64,000 nucleotides of DNA, taken from Candidatus Adlerbacteria bacterium (GTDB taxonomy: Bacteria; Patescibacteriota; Minisyncoccia; Phycocordibacterales; SBAW01). Shown here piece after piece: positions 49,937-59,912 of this stretch. Every line of letters begins with the position of its first letter. The stretch's first letter is position 1. A program made the translations under genes and the position numbers. The stretch spans positions 445,863 to 509,862 of the forward strand of contig CAVVLG010000002.1 in NCBI GenBank assembly GCA_963749085.1. The letters are read 5' to 3'. The notes under the pieces were generated by a model that made no database searches, was not told where the DNA came from, and saw nothing but the letters and a program-made list of their open reading frames with translations.

Positions 49937-50787
49937 TAGAACCAATCTCAAAAATACCGTTGTAGACTAAAGGCACAGGGCGTTACCCGTAATTTGCCTG
50001 CCCATGCCTCTCACCAACGAGCAGTGGAGCGTCATCGCTCCGTTTGTCACACCCCTCAAGCGTTTGGAAACCCGCGGCCGTCCCCGGCAGGACGACCGCA
50101 AGATACTGGAAGGTATCCTCTGGGCACTGAAGACCGGCGCCCAGTGGAAGCACCTGCCGAAAGACTACCCGCCCTACCAGACCTGCCATCGCAGGTTCCA
50201 GCAGTGGGTGGAGAGCGGCGCCTTTGACCGCATCGTCGAAGCCCTGGCCATGGACATGGAATACCGGGGGCGCATCAAGCTCAGGAGCTGCTTTCTCGAT
50301 GCCACCTTCGCGGGGGCAAAAAAGGGGGTCTTGGCGTGGGACCCACGAAGCGTGGGAAAGGCACCAAGATCATGGCGATTGCGGACGAAGGCTCTCTTCC
50401 AGTCGCCGTCTATGTGGCCTCTGCTTCTCCGAGCGAAGTCCGGTTGGTTGAAGACACGCTTGCCCGGCGATTTACCCGACAGAATCCGCTTCGCCTCACG
50501 GCTGACCGAGCATATGATTCCGATCCGCTGGATGGAACGCTCCTGAACAAATACCGCATCAAACTCATTTCACCGCATCGCAGAGGCCGGGTGCGCAGAG
50601 CAACACAGGACGGCAGGGCGCTGCGCTCCTACAAGCGCCGGTGGAAGATTGAGCGGCTGTTCGCGTGGATGCACAACTGGAGAAAGCTCGTGACTCGCTA
50701 CGAATACAAACTGCAGAACTTTGCCGCCTTCGTGAAGCTCGCGTGCATCATGCTATTACTCAAACATTATTTTTGAGACTGGTTCTA
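49937..50787 (+). mobile_element. IS5-family (IS427-group-like) insertion sequence, copy 2 (identical, direct orientation)
   Basis: Same TIRs and ORFs as copy 1. Confidence 0.9.
50004..50776 (+). CDS. IS5/IS427-like DDE transposase (frameshifted orfAB), copy 2
   Basis: Identical to 48304-49076. Confidence 0.85.
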
Positions 50788-50867
50788 ATCTAAGGGTATC
50801 CGTTTCGGAAGAAGTAGCTTTTCTTCGTTGCGTATCTATCACCGCTCAATCAGATCTTTCACATCAA

Positions 50868-51248
50868 ATGAGGATCTACATATCTCTTAAGCCTGAAGGC
50901 AAAGAGAAATGGCCTAACCCAAAAGATCTTCAAAACGCCGCCTCGGTGGTTACGAGGGCTCTGTACTTCCAGAATTTTCAAGAAGAGAGAGCCGAAGCAG
51001 TGCACGACCACATCGTCATTACCATGAAATTGTCGCCGGGCGAGCAATTCTGCGAAAAGGCGATTGCATTAGTTGGCAGAATTATGTATCTGTTCGGGAT
51101 ACAAGACAAAGATGGTCGGCTCGTTGGAAATTTCAACATAAGCCAAACGACTCACATTTTGCGCAACGGTCGTTGGGAAACTTATGCGGACGTGTTGCGT
51201 AAAAAGCTTAGGCTCCAAGGCCCATATATCTATTGTTGGACCAACTAA
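50868..51248 (+). CDS. Hypothetical protein
   Basis: 126-aa ORF followed by a clean terminator. Confidence 0.5.
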   Translation: MRIYISLKPEGKEKWPNPKDLQNAASVVTRALYFQNFQEERAEAVHDHIVITMKLSPGEQFCEKAIALVGRIMYLFGIQDKDGRLVGNFNISQTTHILRNGRWETYADVLRKKLRLQGPYIYCWTN

Positions 51249-51263
51249 CACTTTCTACTCAAG

Positions 51264-51290
51264 AGTAGCTCCACTTCGGTGGAGCTTTTT
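51264..51290. terminator. Rho-independent terminator (gagtagctccac-ttcg-gtggagcttttt)
   Basis: Hairpin plus T-run 16 bp after the stop of 50868-51248. Confidence 0.7.
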
Positions 51291-51465
51291 GTTGGCTTAG
51301 CTGGGAAGATTAGAAATCGAACTTTTAATGACAGATTAGGAGAATGGCTCGAACCTTACCAAATCCTTATTCTTAGGTCTATTTTATAAATCTACTCAAA
51401 ACCAGAGGTTCTAACCGCCAAAAACCTGGCTCAACAAAGCCTTGAAAAATAACGGTTTTTAGGCA

Positions 51466-51551
51466 GGTGCCCAGGAGAGGACTCGAACCTCCATGCCCTT
51501 GCGGGCGCTACCACCTCAAGGTAGTACGTCTACCAGTTTCGCCACCTGGGC
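51466..51551 (-). tRNA. tRNA-Leu (anticodon GAG), type II with long variable arm
   Basis: Reverse complement GCCCAGG tg GCG aaactggtaga CGT a CTACC ttGAGgt GGTAG cgcccgcaagggcat GGAGG ttcgagt CCTCT CCTGGGC a. Confidence 0.85.
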
Positions 51552-51557
51552 GTTCGT

Positions 51558-52031
51558 CTACTTTACAGCAGCTTCCTCTTTTTGAGGAGTAGTTTCTTCG
51601 GGAGCACGCGATCCTTCTTGAGAAGACTGCGGCGTAAAGGCAAGCTGCTTTCGCATAGCGCGCTTGACGTCGTGCGCGGCCTTGCGGCGGATAAAGTAAA
51701 GTTTTGCGCGACGAGTACGCGTGCGGCGCAGCACCTCTATCTCCTGGATCATCGGAGAATAAAGTGGAAATATTTTTTCAACCCCTACTCCGCTTGCCAC
51801 GCGGCGCACCGTGAACATGGCACCCGGCTCCGTGCCATGCTTGACCGCAAGTACCAGACCTTCAAATGCCTGTTTGCGGACGTTCTTGGTCGTTACTTCT
51901 TTTTTATTGGCTGCTTTGCCTTTTTTAAGCTCGACGATGTTTTGCCAGACACGCACCGTGTCCCCAGCACGCAGTCCCAGGTCCGCTCGCTCCTTCATAT
52001 TTACGGGGGAGATTTTGACTCCAGATTTCAT
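51558..52031 (-). CDS. rplS: 50S ribosomal protein L19 with C-terminal extension
   Basis: ...RAGDTVRVWQNIVELKKGK...RKQAFEGLVLAVKHGTEPGAMFTVRRVASGVGVEKIFPLYSPMIQEIEVLRR... Confidence 0.9.
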   Translation of the reverse strand: MKSGVKISPVNMKERADLGLRAGDTVRVWQNIVELKKGKAANKKEVTTKNVRKQAFEGLVLAVKHGTEPGAMFTVRRVASGVGVEKIFPLYSPMIQEIEVLRRTRTRRAKLYFIRRKAAHDVKRAMRKQLAFTPQSSQEGSRAPEETTPQKEEAAVK

Positions 52032-52060
52032 GACTTGTGTGCAAGGACTTTATCACAGAG

Positions 52061-52810
52061 CTACTCTTTGCGCAATTCATTTTCTGCTCTTACAAAATCT
52101 TCCGGCAGCGGGGCTTGAAACATCATCTCCTTTCCATTCGGATGAATAAAGGTAAGTGAGTGAGCATGGAGTGCGAGGCGGTTGAATCCGAGAAGCGGCG
52201 GACGAGTGGGCGCATAGAGTTGATCGCACACGATAGGGTGTTGTATCGCCGAGAAGTGCACTCTGATTTGGTGCGTGCGGCCGGTTTTTGGAAACGCTTC
52301 CACGTAGGAAACGCCAGCACCTCTCTGTATTACCCGATAGAGAGTTTCGGCTTGGCGCCGAGTGCCGTGCGGACGCGTGGCTGAGCGAGGCCCTAAGCCC
52401 CCGCGTGCAGAGCCGATAGGCCTCTCAATTATGCCGCGGTCATCTTTTAATATGCCGTATACGAAGGCACGGTAGGTCTTTTTTATTTCTCGGTCTTGAA
52501 ATTGCCTTTTTAAAAATTCGTAGGCTTTCTCGGTTTTTGCAATCAGTAAGATACCAGAAGTTTCTCTGTCGATTCGATGTACGAAATGAAACTCCGAATA
52601 TTTCTTCCCAAGCCACGCATCAAGCGCCGGGTAGTCATGCTTGCCGTCCGGATACACGATCATCCCGCTCGGTTTATCGATGACTACGACAGAGTCGTCC
52701 TCAAAAATAATCTTCGGTTCCATGTGCACCCTCACGGTAGCGCACCAGTCCAAGTGAAGCAACGTAAGGGTTCTTCGGGCACCATTGATCGTATTGTCAC
52801 GAGGTCTCAT
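52061..52810 (-). CDS. RluA-family pseudouridine synthase
   Basis: VIDKPSGMIVYP...HRIDRETSGILLIAKT motif (catalytic Asp); start position uncertain (52723-52900). Confidence 0.8.
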   Translation of the reverse strand: MRPRDNTINGARRTLTLLHLDWCATVRVHMEPKIIFEDDSVVVIDKPSGMIVYPDGKHDYPALDAWLGKKYSEFHFVHRIDRETSGILLIAKTEKAYEFLKRQFQDREIKKTYRAFVYGILKDDRGIIERPIGSARGGLGPRSATRPHGTRRQAETLYRVIQRGAGVSYVEAFPKTGRTHQIRVHFSAIQHPIVCDQLYAPTRPPLLGFNRLALHAHSLTFIHPNGKEMMFQAPLPEDFVRAENELRKE

Positions 52811-52816
52811 GGTCAG

Positions 52817-52880
52817 CGGCAAAACCGAACAAACCGAACACCAAAAGGCATAGTTTGAAGTGTTCGGTTTTTGTTCGTTT
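52817..52880. repeat. Hairpin repeat element A (ggcaaaaccgaacaaaccgaacac...gtgttcggtttttgttcg), related copy at 62507-62565
   Basis: 24-nt identical 5' arm plus complementary 3' arm in both copies; flanking 100-150 bp is also about 70% similar. Confidence 0.7.
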
Positions 52881-53419
52881 TTTGGCGTTCCAGCAAGCAC
52901 CCCAAGGGTATTCGCTGGATGGAAGGCTCAAAAAGCACCGTTCGCTTGGAGCCTCGTGGTTGCGAACCAAAAATGGACGAATTGGACGAAAAAACCGGGG
53001 TATTTGGATGTCCAATTTTTCAGCATAGTGTTACAAACTGTTACACTTTTCTAAGGGTACAAAAAATGAGGCGGTTGCAGAATACGCCTAAGGAAAAGAA
53101 CATTCTACTGAAGGAGGTGCATAACACTATTCGGAGGGCTGTACCACTGTAGCAAAAATCCATTGGACGGATGGATTGGACACAAAATCGTCCAATGGAG
53201 AACGTCCTACCACAGCGGGCAGTGAAATGCCAAGAAATGCCTAAAAATTGGGTGAGTTGTGCTTAAGAAGGTCGACATTTTGGCATTTGCCGCTCCAGCG
53301 ATTTTATACCGAATGGGACACGGAATGACGTGTCATATGTGTAATTTCAAGCCCTTTACCCCTGCAGCCCGGGGCCAATGATACCGAATGAGACTCCAAA
53401 ATAGGGCTTCATTTGGGAG

Positions 53420-53593
53420 CTATCTAATTTTCTGCTCAGCATTATCTCTGGACTGAGGCAACTCTGTAGTTACCCACGCGTCGTCCGCCTTGCAAACATA
53501 AACCGTGCGAGCATATGTCTTCCCATTATCAGAATTATGACTACTATCCGACCGCTTAATTTCCATTGAGAGATCGCAAACAGGACATTTCAT
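53420..53593 (-). CDS. Small zinc-ribbon-like protein (57 aa, MKCPVCD...YVCK)
   Basis: Found by manual translation (below the ORF-track cutoff); CxxC near the N-terminus plus a third Cys; TATAAT box 8 nt upstream suggests a leaderless transcript; sits in an 830-bp intergenic region full of repeats. Confidence 0.3.
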   Translation of the reverse strand: MKCPVCDLSMEIKRSDSSHNSDNGKTYARTVYVCKADDAWVTTELPQSRDNAEQKIR

Positions 53594-53733
53594 ATGTCGC
53601 CATTATATACCCTGCGCGTGGTGTACCATAATCAACAATTGCCTTCCAACTAAAAATTGCAGGGTATACTATCCTAAAGAGGGTCAGCAACCTTTTTTAT
53701 ACAATAAGCGCGATTCCAATTAACACTATTGCC

Positions 53734-54486
53734 ATGAGCAACAGCACAAGAAATTCCTTACTATGGGTTATAGGGTTCGTGGTGGTGTACTCGATTTTTG
53801 TCATAAAGGTCTCATCAACGGTCAGCGATTACTCGGATATCATCGTCGGCACGACCTTCTTTTTCACGTTGTTTATCGGTTACTTTATTGGGCGTCAAAA
53901 TGATCGATACTCAGAAATCTCTGACCAGCTCACTTCCAACGATGGCTGGTTCTCGTATCTATATCGCATTAGCGGTCTTGTGCCGCGCATCCAAGGTGAG
54001 GTGCGGGATATTCTCAAGGATCATTACTCAAAAATCATCGAGAGTAAGAATCTCGCATATCATGTCACGCACCCCTCCAACACACTTACAAGAATGACAA
54101 AAGCTTTGGGAAGCATCACAGAAGAAGAGAGTGGTAATCCAGCTGCGGGAGAGGCGTGGCCTTTTACTTTTGAGGTTATTTCTGACTTGCAGATAACTCG
54201 CAAAAAAATACTTAATCTATATGGAGAAAAATTGGTGCCGTTCCAATGGTCCATCGTTTACATACTGGCTGCCCTGTTGGTGGTCTCCTTTAATTTTGTT
54301 CCATCAACGTCTTGGCTCGTCACTATTTTGAAAATATGTTTTGGTACTGCCGTCTTCATTTCGATCATATTATTGCATCAGCTCGATAATCTGACGCTTT
54401 TTGGAGACAGCGCTGGAATGGATTCGGCGCACGATGTTATGCGTATTGTCGAAGAAAAAGATGCGGCCGAGCTTGGGAAAAAATAG
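53734..54486 (+). CDS. Hypothetical membrane protein
   Basis: 250 aa, 4 TM helices. Confidence 0.55.
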   Translation: MSNSTRNSLLWVIGFVVVYSIFVIKVSSTVSDYSDIIVGTTFFFTLFIGYFIGRQNDRYSEISDQLTSNDGWFSYLYRISGLVPRIQGEVRDILKDHYSKIIESKNLAYHVTHPSNTLTRMTKALGSITEEESGNPAAGEAWPFTFEVISDLQITRKKILNLYGEKLVPFQWSIVYILAALLVVSFNFVPSTSWLVTILKICFGTAVFISIILLHQLDNLTLFGDSAGMDSAHDVMRIVEEKDAAELGKK

Positions 54487-54495
54487 CTTGTATTT

Positions 54496-55686
54496 TTATC
54501 GGATATCCTGTAGCGCGAAAGAATACTTAAGTCCGAGCGCCATCACAACCGCCAGTACCAAAAAACTCCATTGTAGTGAGAACAGTTGGAGCGAGATCGA
54601 TGCGACTACGGCCGCGGCGACATACGTTGCAGGACGTGCGACACGGAAAAGGCTGATGGTGTCGGAGAAGGAGCTGTCGACGTGTTTGAAGAAATAGCTC
54701 TCCGTTGCTATCTCAGTGCAGCTTGCTCCAACGCGGCTGACAAACAAGACCACAGTCCAGAAGAGAAATACAGGTGTCGTAAGAAACGGCATGAGAGCAA
54801 CCATAAGCGCCATGAGCACAAAGCCGACTATCATTATTTCTTTTTCGTCGTATCGCATATCCGCAATTCTGCCAAGCGGCAGCTCAAGCAGTAGGAACGG
54901 CAGAAGCATGATGGCAAACATTATCCCTATCTGCGCCCACGTAAACCCAACGTAGCGGAATAAATAGAGCGGTGTATAGATGACCATCCACGCGTAGAAA
55001 AAGCGTAGAAGGAATTGCGCCGCGAATACGTTATATAGATTGGGACGCTTAAAAACGTATGCGAGGGATTCCCGCAAGGAACGGTGATTGTACGAAGCAT
55101 CATGGAATGTTCGCAGCCGCGAAACAATGACCGCCAGTCCTATCAGTAAAAAGGCCACTGACACGAGGTATACTTTCCAAAACGCATCGGTAGAATCGAG
55201 TAGCAGTCCAGCTATGAGCGGACATACTACCTGCGCGATATTGATCATGGTGAGAAAAAGCCCGCGCATCCCGCCAGTGACTCGCTCATCCTTTATGAAT
55301 TTCTCGAGAAAAATGTCGAGGTTGAGGTAAATCACCGGCGAGATAGCGAGAAAGACAGTGAAGAAAAACAATACCGCCATAGAGCCGTGCGCGAACGCGA
55401 GACCCACAAGCGATAGGGCTTCGAGCAGGATGAAAAATGATATCAGCCTGTAATTTCCGATCCTTTTTAAGATGCGGGAGAAATACGCAAAGAAAAGGAG
55501 ACTTATAAGCGAGCCTATGATGTAAAGTATGCTGATTCCGCTGTCGCTGAGATACTGGCTTAAAAAAGAGGAGTTTATGTAGATGATTAGGAAGTAGTGA
55601 AAAGAGACGAACAGATTGGCAATATATACCGCGCTTACATCCGAGTCCTTACGCCTCCACAAAAAATCAGCCATTGACGTGCGCAT
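54496..55686 (-). CDS. MFS-type transporter
   Basis: 396 aa, 12 predicted TM helices, MFS-like loop motifs. Confidence 0.65.
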   Translation of the reverse strand: MRTSMADFLWRRKDSDVSAVYIANLFVSFHYFLIIYINSSFLSQYLSDSGISILYIIGSLISLLFFAYFSRILKRIGNYRLISFFILLEALSLVGLAFAHGSMAVLFFFTVFLAISPVIYLNLDIFLEKFIKDERVTGGMRGLFLTMINIAQVVCPLIAGLLLDSTDAFWKVYLVSVAFLLIGLAVIVSRLRTFHDASYNHRSLRESLAYVFKRPNLYNVFAAQFLLRFFYAWMVIYTPLYLFRYVGFTWAQIGIMFAIMLLPFLLLELPLGRIADMRYDEKEIMIVGFVLMALMVALMPFLTTPVFLFWTVVLFVSRVGASCTEIATESYFFKHVDSSFSDTISLFRVARPATYVAAAVVASISLQLFSLQWSFLVLAVVMALGLKYSFALQDIR

Positions 55687-55688
55687 GT

Positions 55689-56735
55689 TTAGGGATGAAA
55701 AAAGAAGGCGATGCCGATGATCGCGTAGGAGCCGAGGAGCTGCACGCCTTCAAGCCAATTGCTCTCGCCGTCGGCGATTATGAGGTTGACGATAAGCACG
55801 GAGAGAACGATCGAAACGAGTTCGAAGATATTGAATATAAGGTTCATCGGCTGGTGGATTACCAATCCCGCGAGCACCAACACCGGCGCCACGACCATCG
55901 CTATCTGTGTTGCAGAGCCCATGGCGATTTGGAGCGAGAGATCCATGCGATTTTTACGCGCTACGATAACTGCAGAGAGATTCTCCGCGGCATTGCCGAT
56001 GATGGCCAAGAAAATAACGCCGACGAACAGCTCAGACCATCCCAGTGTGGCAACCAGCGGTTGAATGGAATTAACCAATAATTCGCTTACCCATGCGACT
56101 ACGAGCGTCGCGGCACACAAAGTAAGAAGACTGCGTGAGACGCTCCAGCGCGGTTCATACTTTCCCGCTTCTTCCAGATATAGATGCTTGTGGGTATGCA
56201 AAGAGAAAAAGAGGGTGGCGCCGTAGAGCACGAGGAGCGCTACTGATACCCACAGACTCATGTCTTCGACAATGCCGCCCGTGAGAAGCGGAGCGGTCTG
56301 CGACAAAATGGCTGGCATCACAAGTGCTATAGCGGCGATAAAAAGGGTTGAACCGCTGGCAAGCACGGCGGTTTTGTTGAACGTCTGCTTCTCGCGCGAC
56401 CAACCGCCTGCGAGCATTGAGAGCCCGAGCACCAAAAGCAAATTACCGATAATGGAGCCAGTAATCGATGCCTTGACCACTTCTATAAGCCCTGCGCGCA
56501 GGGCAAAAAAACCGATAATAAGCTCAGTCGCGTTACCGAACGTCGCTGAAAGAAGCCCGCCTACGGCGGGCGATGTACGTGTCGCCAGTTCCTCAGTTGA
56601 TTCCCCGATGAATTTGGCGAGCGGCACTATGGCGAGCGCGCAGAGAAAAAATATAATAGTGGGCGATATGCCAAGAGCCTGCGCTGCGATGGCGACGGGC
56701 ACGAACACCAGCAGGATGAGAAAAAATTTATCCAT
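55689..56735 (-). CDS. Ca2+/H+ antiporter (CaCA family), copy 2
   Basis: About 85% aa identity to copy 1, same alpha-repeat motifs; DNA differences concentrated at third codon positions. Confidence 0.9.
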   Translation of the reverse strand: MDKFFLILLVFVPVAIAAQALGISPTIIFFLCALAIVPLAKFIGESTEELATRTSPAVGGLLSATFGNATELIIGFFALRAGLIEVVKASITGSIIGNLLLVLGLSMLAGGWSREKQTFNKTAVLASGSTLFIAAIALVMPAILSQTAPLLTGGIVEDMSLWVSVALLVLYGATLFFSLHTHKHLYLEEAGKYEPRWSVSRSLLTLCAATLVVAWVSELLVNSIQPLVATLGWSELFVGVIFLAIIGNAAENLSAVIVARKNRMDLSLQIAMGSATQIAMVVAPVLVLAGLVIHQPMNLIFNIFELVSIVLSVLIVNLIIADGESNWLEGVQLLGSYAIIGIAFFFHP

Positions 56736-57070
56736 TAGTGCAGATTTGCCCTCACTTCAAATGAGTGCTGGGTCGGATTGTAATCGGGATGAAAGGTAGT
56801 TGTGTGGATTTTATCGCCCCGCATCTCGTAAAGCGCATGCGGCGATTTTCCTCCTGGATGGAATTCCGTCGCGTACCACTTGCCGTCGCGCACGGTGTAG
56901 AGCGGCTTGTCGGCGGGAGCCTCGCGATTGAAGCGGGTCGCATACACCTGACCTCCCCGCAGCTCATACTGAGGCCGGAGTGAGTGCTCCCCGCCCGCAT
57001 GGCCATATTCAGCCTGATGAATGTATTGGATATCCATAGCTAAAACTCTAACATTTAAGAGGTTTTTCAA
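56735..57070 (-). CDS. Small Y-x-x-R-G...T-x-F-H repeat protein, copy 2, coupled to antiporter copy 2
   Basis: PQYELRGGQVYATRFN / PLYTVRDGKWYATEFHP / ALYEMRGDKIHTTTFHP repeats. Confidence 0.65.
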   Translation of the reverse strand: MKNLLNVRVLAMDIQYIHQAEYGHAGGEHSLRPQYELRGGQVYATRFNREAPADKPLYTVRDGKWYATEFHPGGKSPHALYEMRGDKIHTTTFHPDYNPTQHSFEVRANLH

Positions 57071-57100
57071 AACTCAGTTACCAACAGCTTGCCAACTCAC

Positions 57101-57141
57101 CCCTACTGGACTCTTAGGAGGGTTGGCGTCATCCATTGACC
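57101..57141. promoter_or_regulatory. Conserved inverted-repeat element upstream of serine recombinase 1 (putative recombination/operator site)
   Basis: ccctactggactcttaggagggttggcgtcatccattgacc, homologous to 60921-60962 upstream of recombinase 2. Confidence 0.5.
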
Positions 57142-57177
57142 TGTCGAAATTAGCAGACACATAACAGGCCTAGACAT

Positions 57178-58509
57178 ATGGAAGCACATATAGCAGAAGG
57201 TTTGGAGCAGATGGGCGTAGCCGCTCCGCAGGAGAAAGCAGCAGTGCAAATTAAATATTGCCTCTATGCTCGAAAGAGCACCGAGGACGATGAGCATCAA
57301 GCGCTCTCCATTGATAGTCAAATCAAGGAGATGACCACGCTGGCGGTGAGAGAGAAATTAGACGTAGTCGAAGTGCGGTCGGAAAAACACTCCGCCAAGG
57401 CCGCTGGGCAGCGTCCGGTGTTTCGGCAGCTGCTCGCTGATCTGAGGACAGGTGTATTTAACGGCATACTCACCTGGGCACCCGACAGGTTGTCGCGCAA
57501 CGGCGGCGATCTTGGCGTAGTAGTCGATCTCATGGATCAGAAGTGTTTGGCAGAGATACGGACGTACACGCAGAAGTTCACCAATAACCCCAATGAGAAA
57601 TTTCTGCTCATGATATTGGGTAGCCAGGCTAAACTCGAGAACGACAACAAGAGCCTGAACATAAAACGCGGGCTCAAAGCTCGCGCCGAGATGGGGCTGT
57701 GGCCTGGCATAGCGCCTACGGGCTACCTCAATGACAAGAGGAGTGACCACAAGTGCGAAGTGCTGGTGGACCCCCTGCGTTCCTCAGTGGTGAAGCAAAT
57801 ATTCGAGAAGGTCGGACGCGACAGGTTGAGCGGAAGAAAAGTCTATGCGTGGTTGCGGGGTGATGTCCGCTTCACCACACGGTATGGCAAACCGCTGAGT
57901 TTGAGCAACATCTACAATATGCTGAGAAATCCCTTCTACTGCGGCATGTACGAGTTCCCCCGCAGGTCGGGACAGTGGTACACCGGCAAACACACGCCCC
58001 TCATCACCAAGGAGCTGTTCCAGTTGGCGCAGGAGAAACTGGCGGAGGAGAATAGGCCACGGAAGAAGTTCCAGGACTTCACCTTCACCCGTCTCATGAC
58101 CTGCGGGTATTGCGGGTCAGGTATCACAGCCCAGGAGAAGGCCAAGAACCTCAAAGACGGCTCGGTGCGTTGGTACATTTACTACAGCTGCAACAAGCAC
58201 AAAGATCACCACTGCAAGAATCCATATATCAGGGAGGACAATCTCATATCCCTCCTCCTAGAGATATTGAACCAAGTATCCATAGATGAGATAGGGGCAC
58301 GCCATCTCATCGAGCGAGAGGTGGCGCGGTACAACAAACTCAGAACCGCTATGGGTTATACCGACAAAGACACGGCGAAGGATATGGACACCAGAAAATA
58401 TGCTAAGTATCTCCTTCAGCATGGGACGCCTCAGGAGAAACGCGAACTGCTTGAACACCTCAGAAACAGGATTGTGATGAAGGACAGGAAAATATCCATA
58501 TCAGATTAG
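57178..58509 (+). CDS. Large serine recombinase (resolvase catalytic domain + recombinase domain + zinc ribbon)
   Basis: [19 protein letters not shown] (catalytic Ser), recombinase domain, [10 protein letters not shown]...CNKHKDHHC zinc-ribbon; 443 aa. Confidence 0.88.
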   Translation: MEAHIAEGLEQMGVAAPQEKAAVQIKYCLYARKSTEDDEHQALSIDSQIKEMTTLAVREKLDVVEVRSEKHSAKAAGQRPVFRQLLADLRTGVFNGILTWAPDRLSRNGGDLGVVVDLMDQKCLAEIRTYTQKFTNNPNEKFLLMILGSQAKLENDNKSLNIKRGLKARAEMGLWPGIAPTGYLNDKRSDHKCEVLVDPLRSSVVKQIFEKVGRDRLSGRKVYAWLRGDVRFTTRYGKPLSLSNIYNMLRNPFYCGMYEFPRRSGQWYTGKHTPLITKELFQLAQEKLAEENRPRKKFQDFTFTRLMTCGYCGSGITAQEKAKNLKDGSVRWYIYYSCNKHKDHHCKNPYIREDNLISLLLEILNQVSIDEIGARHLIEREVARYNKLRTAMGYTDKDTAKDMDTRKYAKYLLQHGTPQEKRELLEHLRNRIVMKDRKISISD

Positions 58510-59216
58510 TTGCCTTTTTCACACATACGCACCTCACCGGTCTCAGGATCTTGTATGACGTTTTCAGCCCATGTTCTGCCTCCTAAAGGAGAAAGCGGCT
58601 TATCCAGTGAATACAGTGGGGCAAGACCACGACCCGCATACTCGAGTGTTTTGAAAACGTATCCCAAAAAGGAACCCGTGAATCGATAGCGACGAATACA
58701 TGCGGCAATTTGTTCTTCTAGAATGTCGCCAAAGCCACCCCAGCGCTGAAGTACATAATATTTCTCAACCCAGTCGTCGACTGCATATCTGATGAGTGTC
58801 ACGGCCTCTTGCCGTGCAAGCACATTGCCCTTTTGAGCGACTCGTACGAAGGCGACAAGTATGCGATCCCGCGTCCGGCGGTCTTGGTCATCCAACGCAG
58901 TAATCAAAGTATAGATTTTGTCACGATATTTAGTGAGTACCAGATCAACCTCACCTTGATTCTCATACGGTTTCTTTGCTCTACGTCTGCGGCCATTCCA
59001 TTTAGGTTGAAGCGATCGATCAAGAACGCTAGTGACCGCATCCCAATCAATATTGCCCGTTGGTGTTCTGAGATTGAGTCGGATGAATCGGTATGCTCGG
59101 GGAGCGTGCTGATATACCCAAGTGCCGGAGAACGACTTAGGATTCTTTTTGGAGAGAACGGTGCTTAAGATGTAAATCGCCTTGTCAAAGTTCACACTGT
59201 GTAAGTGTAAGACCAA
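58506..59216 (-). CDS. Hypothetical protein (mobile-element associated)
   Basis: 236 aa, convergent with and overlapping the recombinase 1 stop. Confidence 0.5.
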   Translation of the reverse strand: MVLHLHSVNFDKAIYILSTVLSKKNPKSFSGTWVYQHAPRAYRFIRLNLRTPTGNIDWDAVTSVLDRSLQPKWNGRRRRAKKPYENQGEVDLVLTKYRDKIYTLITALDDQDRRTRDRILVAFVRVAQKGNVLARQEAVTLIRYAVDDWVEKYYVLQRWGGFGDILEEQIAACIRRYRFTGSFLGYVFKTLEYAGRGLAPLYSLDKPLSPLGGRTWAENVIQDPETGEVRMCEKGN

Positions 59217-59296
59217 AAAGTTTTGTTCGTTGACCCCTCTAGGTTGCGAACCAACCTCGAGATATTTCGAGGCCTAGTGGACGGCTAGATGGGCCG

Positions 59297-59369
59297 CTGA
59301 CTGCTGTGCACGCTGCAGGACTCGAACCTGCGACCTTCCCCGTGTAAAGGGGTTGCTCTACCAACTGAG
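59297..59369 (-). tRNA. tRNA-Val (anticodon TAC)
   Basis: Reverse complement GCACGCT ta GCTC agttggtag GAGC a ACCCC ttTACac GGGGA aggtc GCAGG ttcgagt CCTGC AGCGTGC a. Confidence 0.85.
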
Positions 59370-59912
59370 CTAAGCGTGCGTGCCCCTCCACGGTATCGCA
59401 CCGTACCAAGCGAGGCAACGCAAGGGCCGTTTGGCCCATCAGCGACCTCTTGATTCGATGCCTCACGGTAGGGTTGTAAATGAGACATAATGAGACACTA
59501 CTCGCGCATATCTGTAACTGTCTCATTTACGGCATTCCGGCAAGCAGAATAAGGGGATTCGAGGATTTAGGTGCTGTCTCAGGAGCTTTTCGAGCGCGCC
59601 GCACGGTATCGCACCAGAATCTTACAAATCTGACAGGGGGTCAGGGTTCAAAATGCTACAAAAGTGACACGAGAACGATACGTTCAGCTGTAACTTTTCG
59701 GGATCAAAATGCCACGAATGCGACAGTCGAAATGGCACACTTTGGCACACAGATACGGTGTGTGCCGAACGTATGATTTTCACCCCTTTCTACTGCCCGA
59801 CTCAAGGCAGACCCTTGCTCGTTTAACGAAAATGGCATAGCACACTGTTCGGGGAGAGTGTGCCCTTTCTTAAACGCTAAAAACGCCGATCGTGAGAAAT
59901 CGCTAGGTGTAG

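Noticed and set aside
51330-51400. Two T-loop-like GTTCGA motifs downstream of the terminator at 51264
   Set aside because: No cloverleaf could be built around them (no D-arm or anticodon arm); the true tRNA-Leu lies further on at 51466-51551.
52871-53152. 93-aa plus-strand ORF spanning hairpin repeat A
   Set aside because: Runs through the long palindromic repeat and has low-complexity basic composition; more likely non-coding regulatory DNA.
59239-59526. 95-aa and 67-aa minus-strand ORFs
   Set aside because: They overlap the tRNA-Val gene and its flanks.
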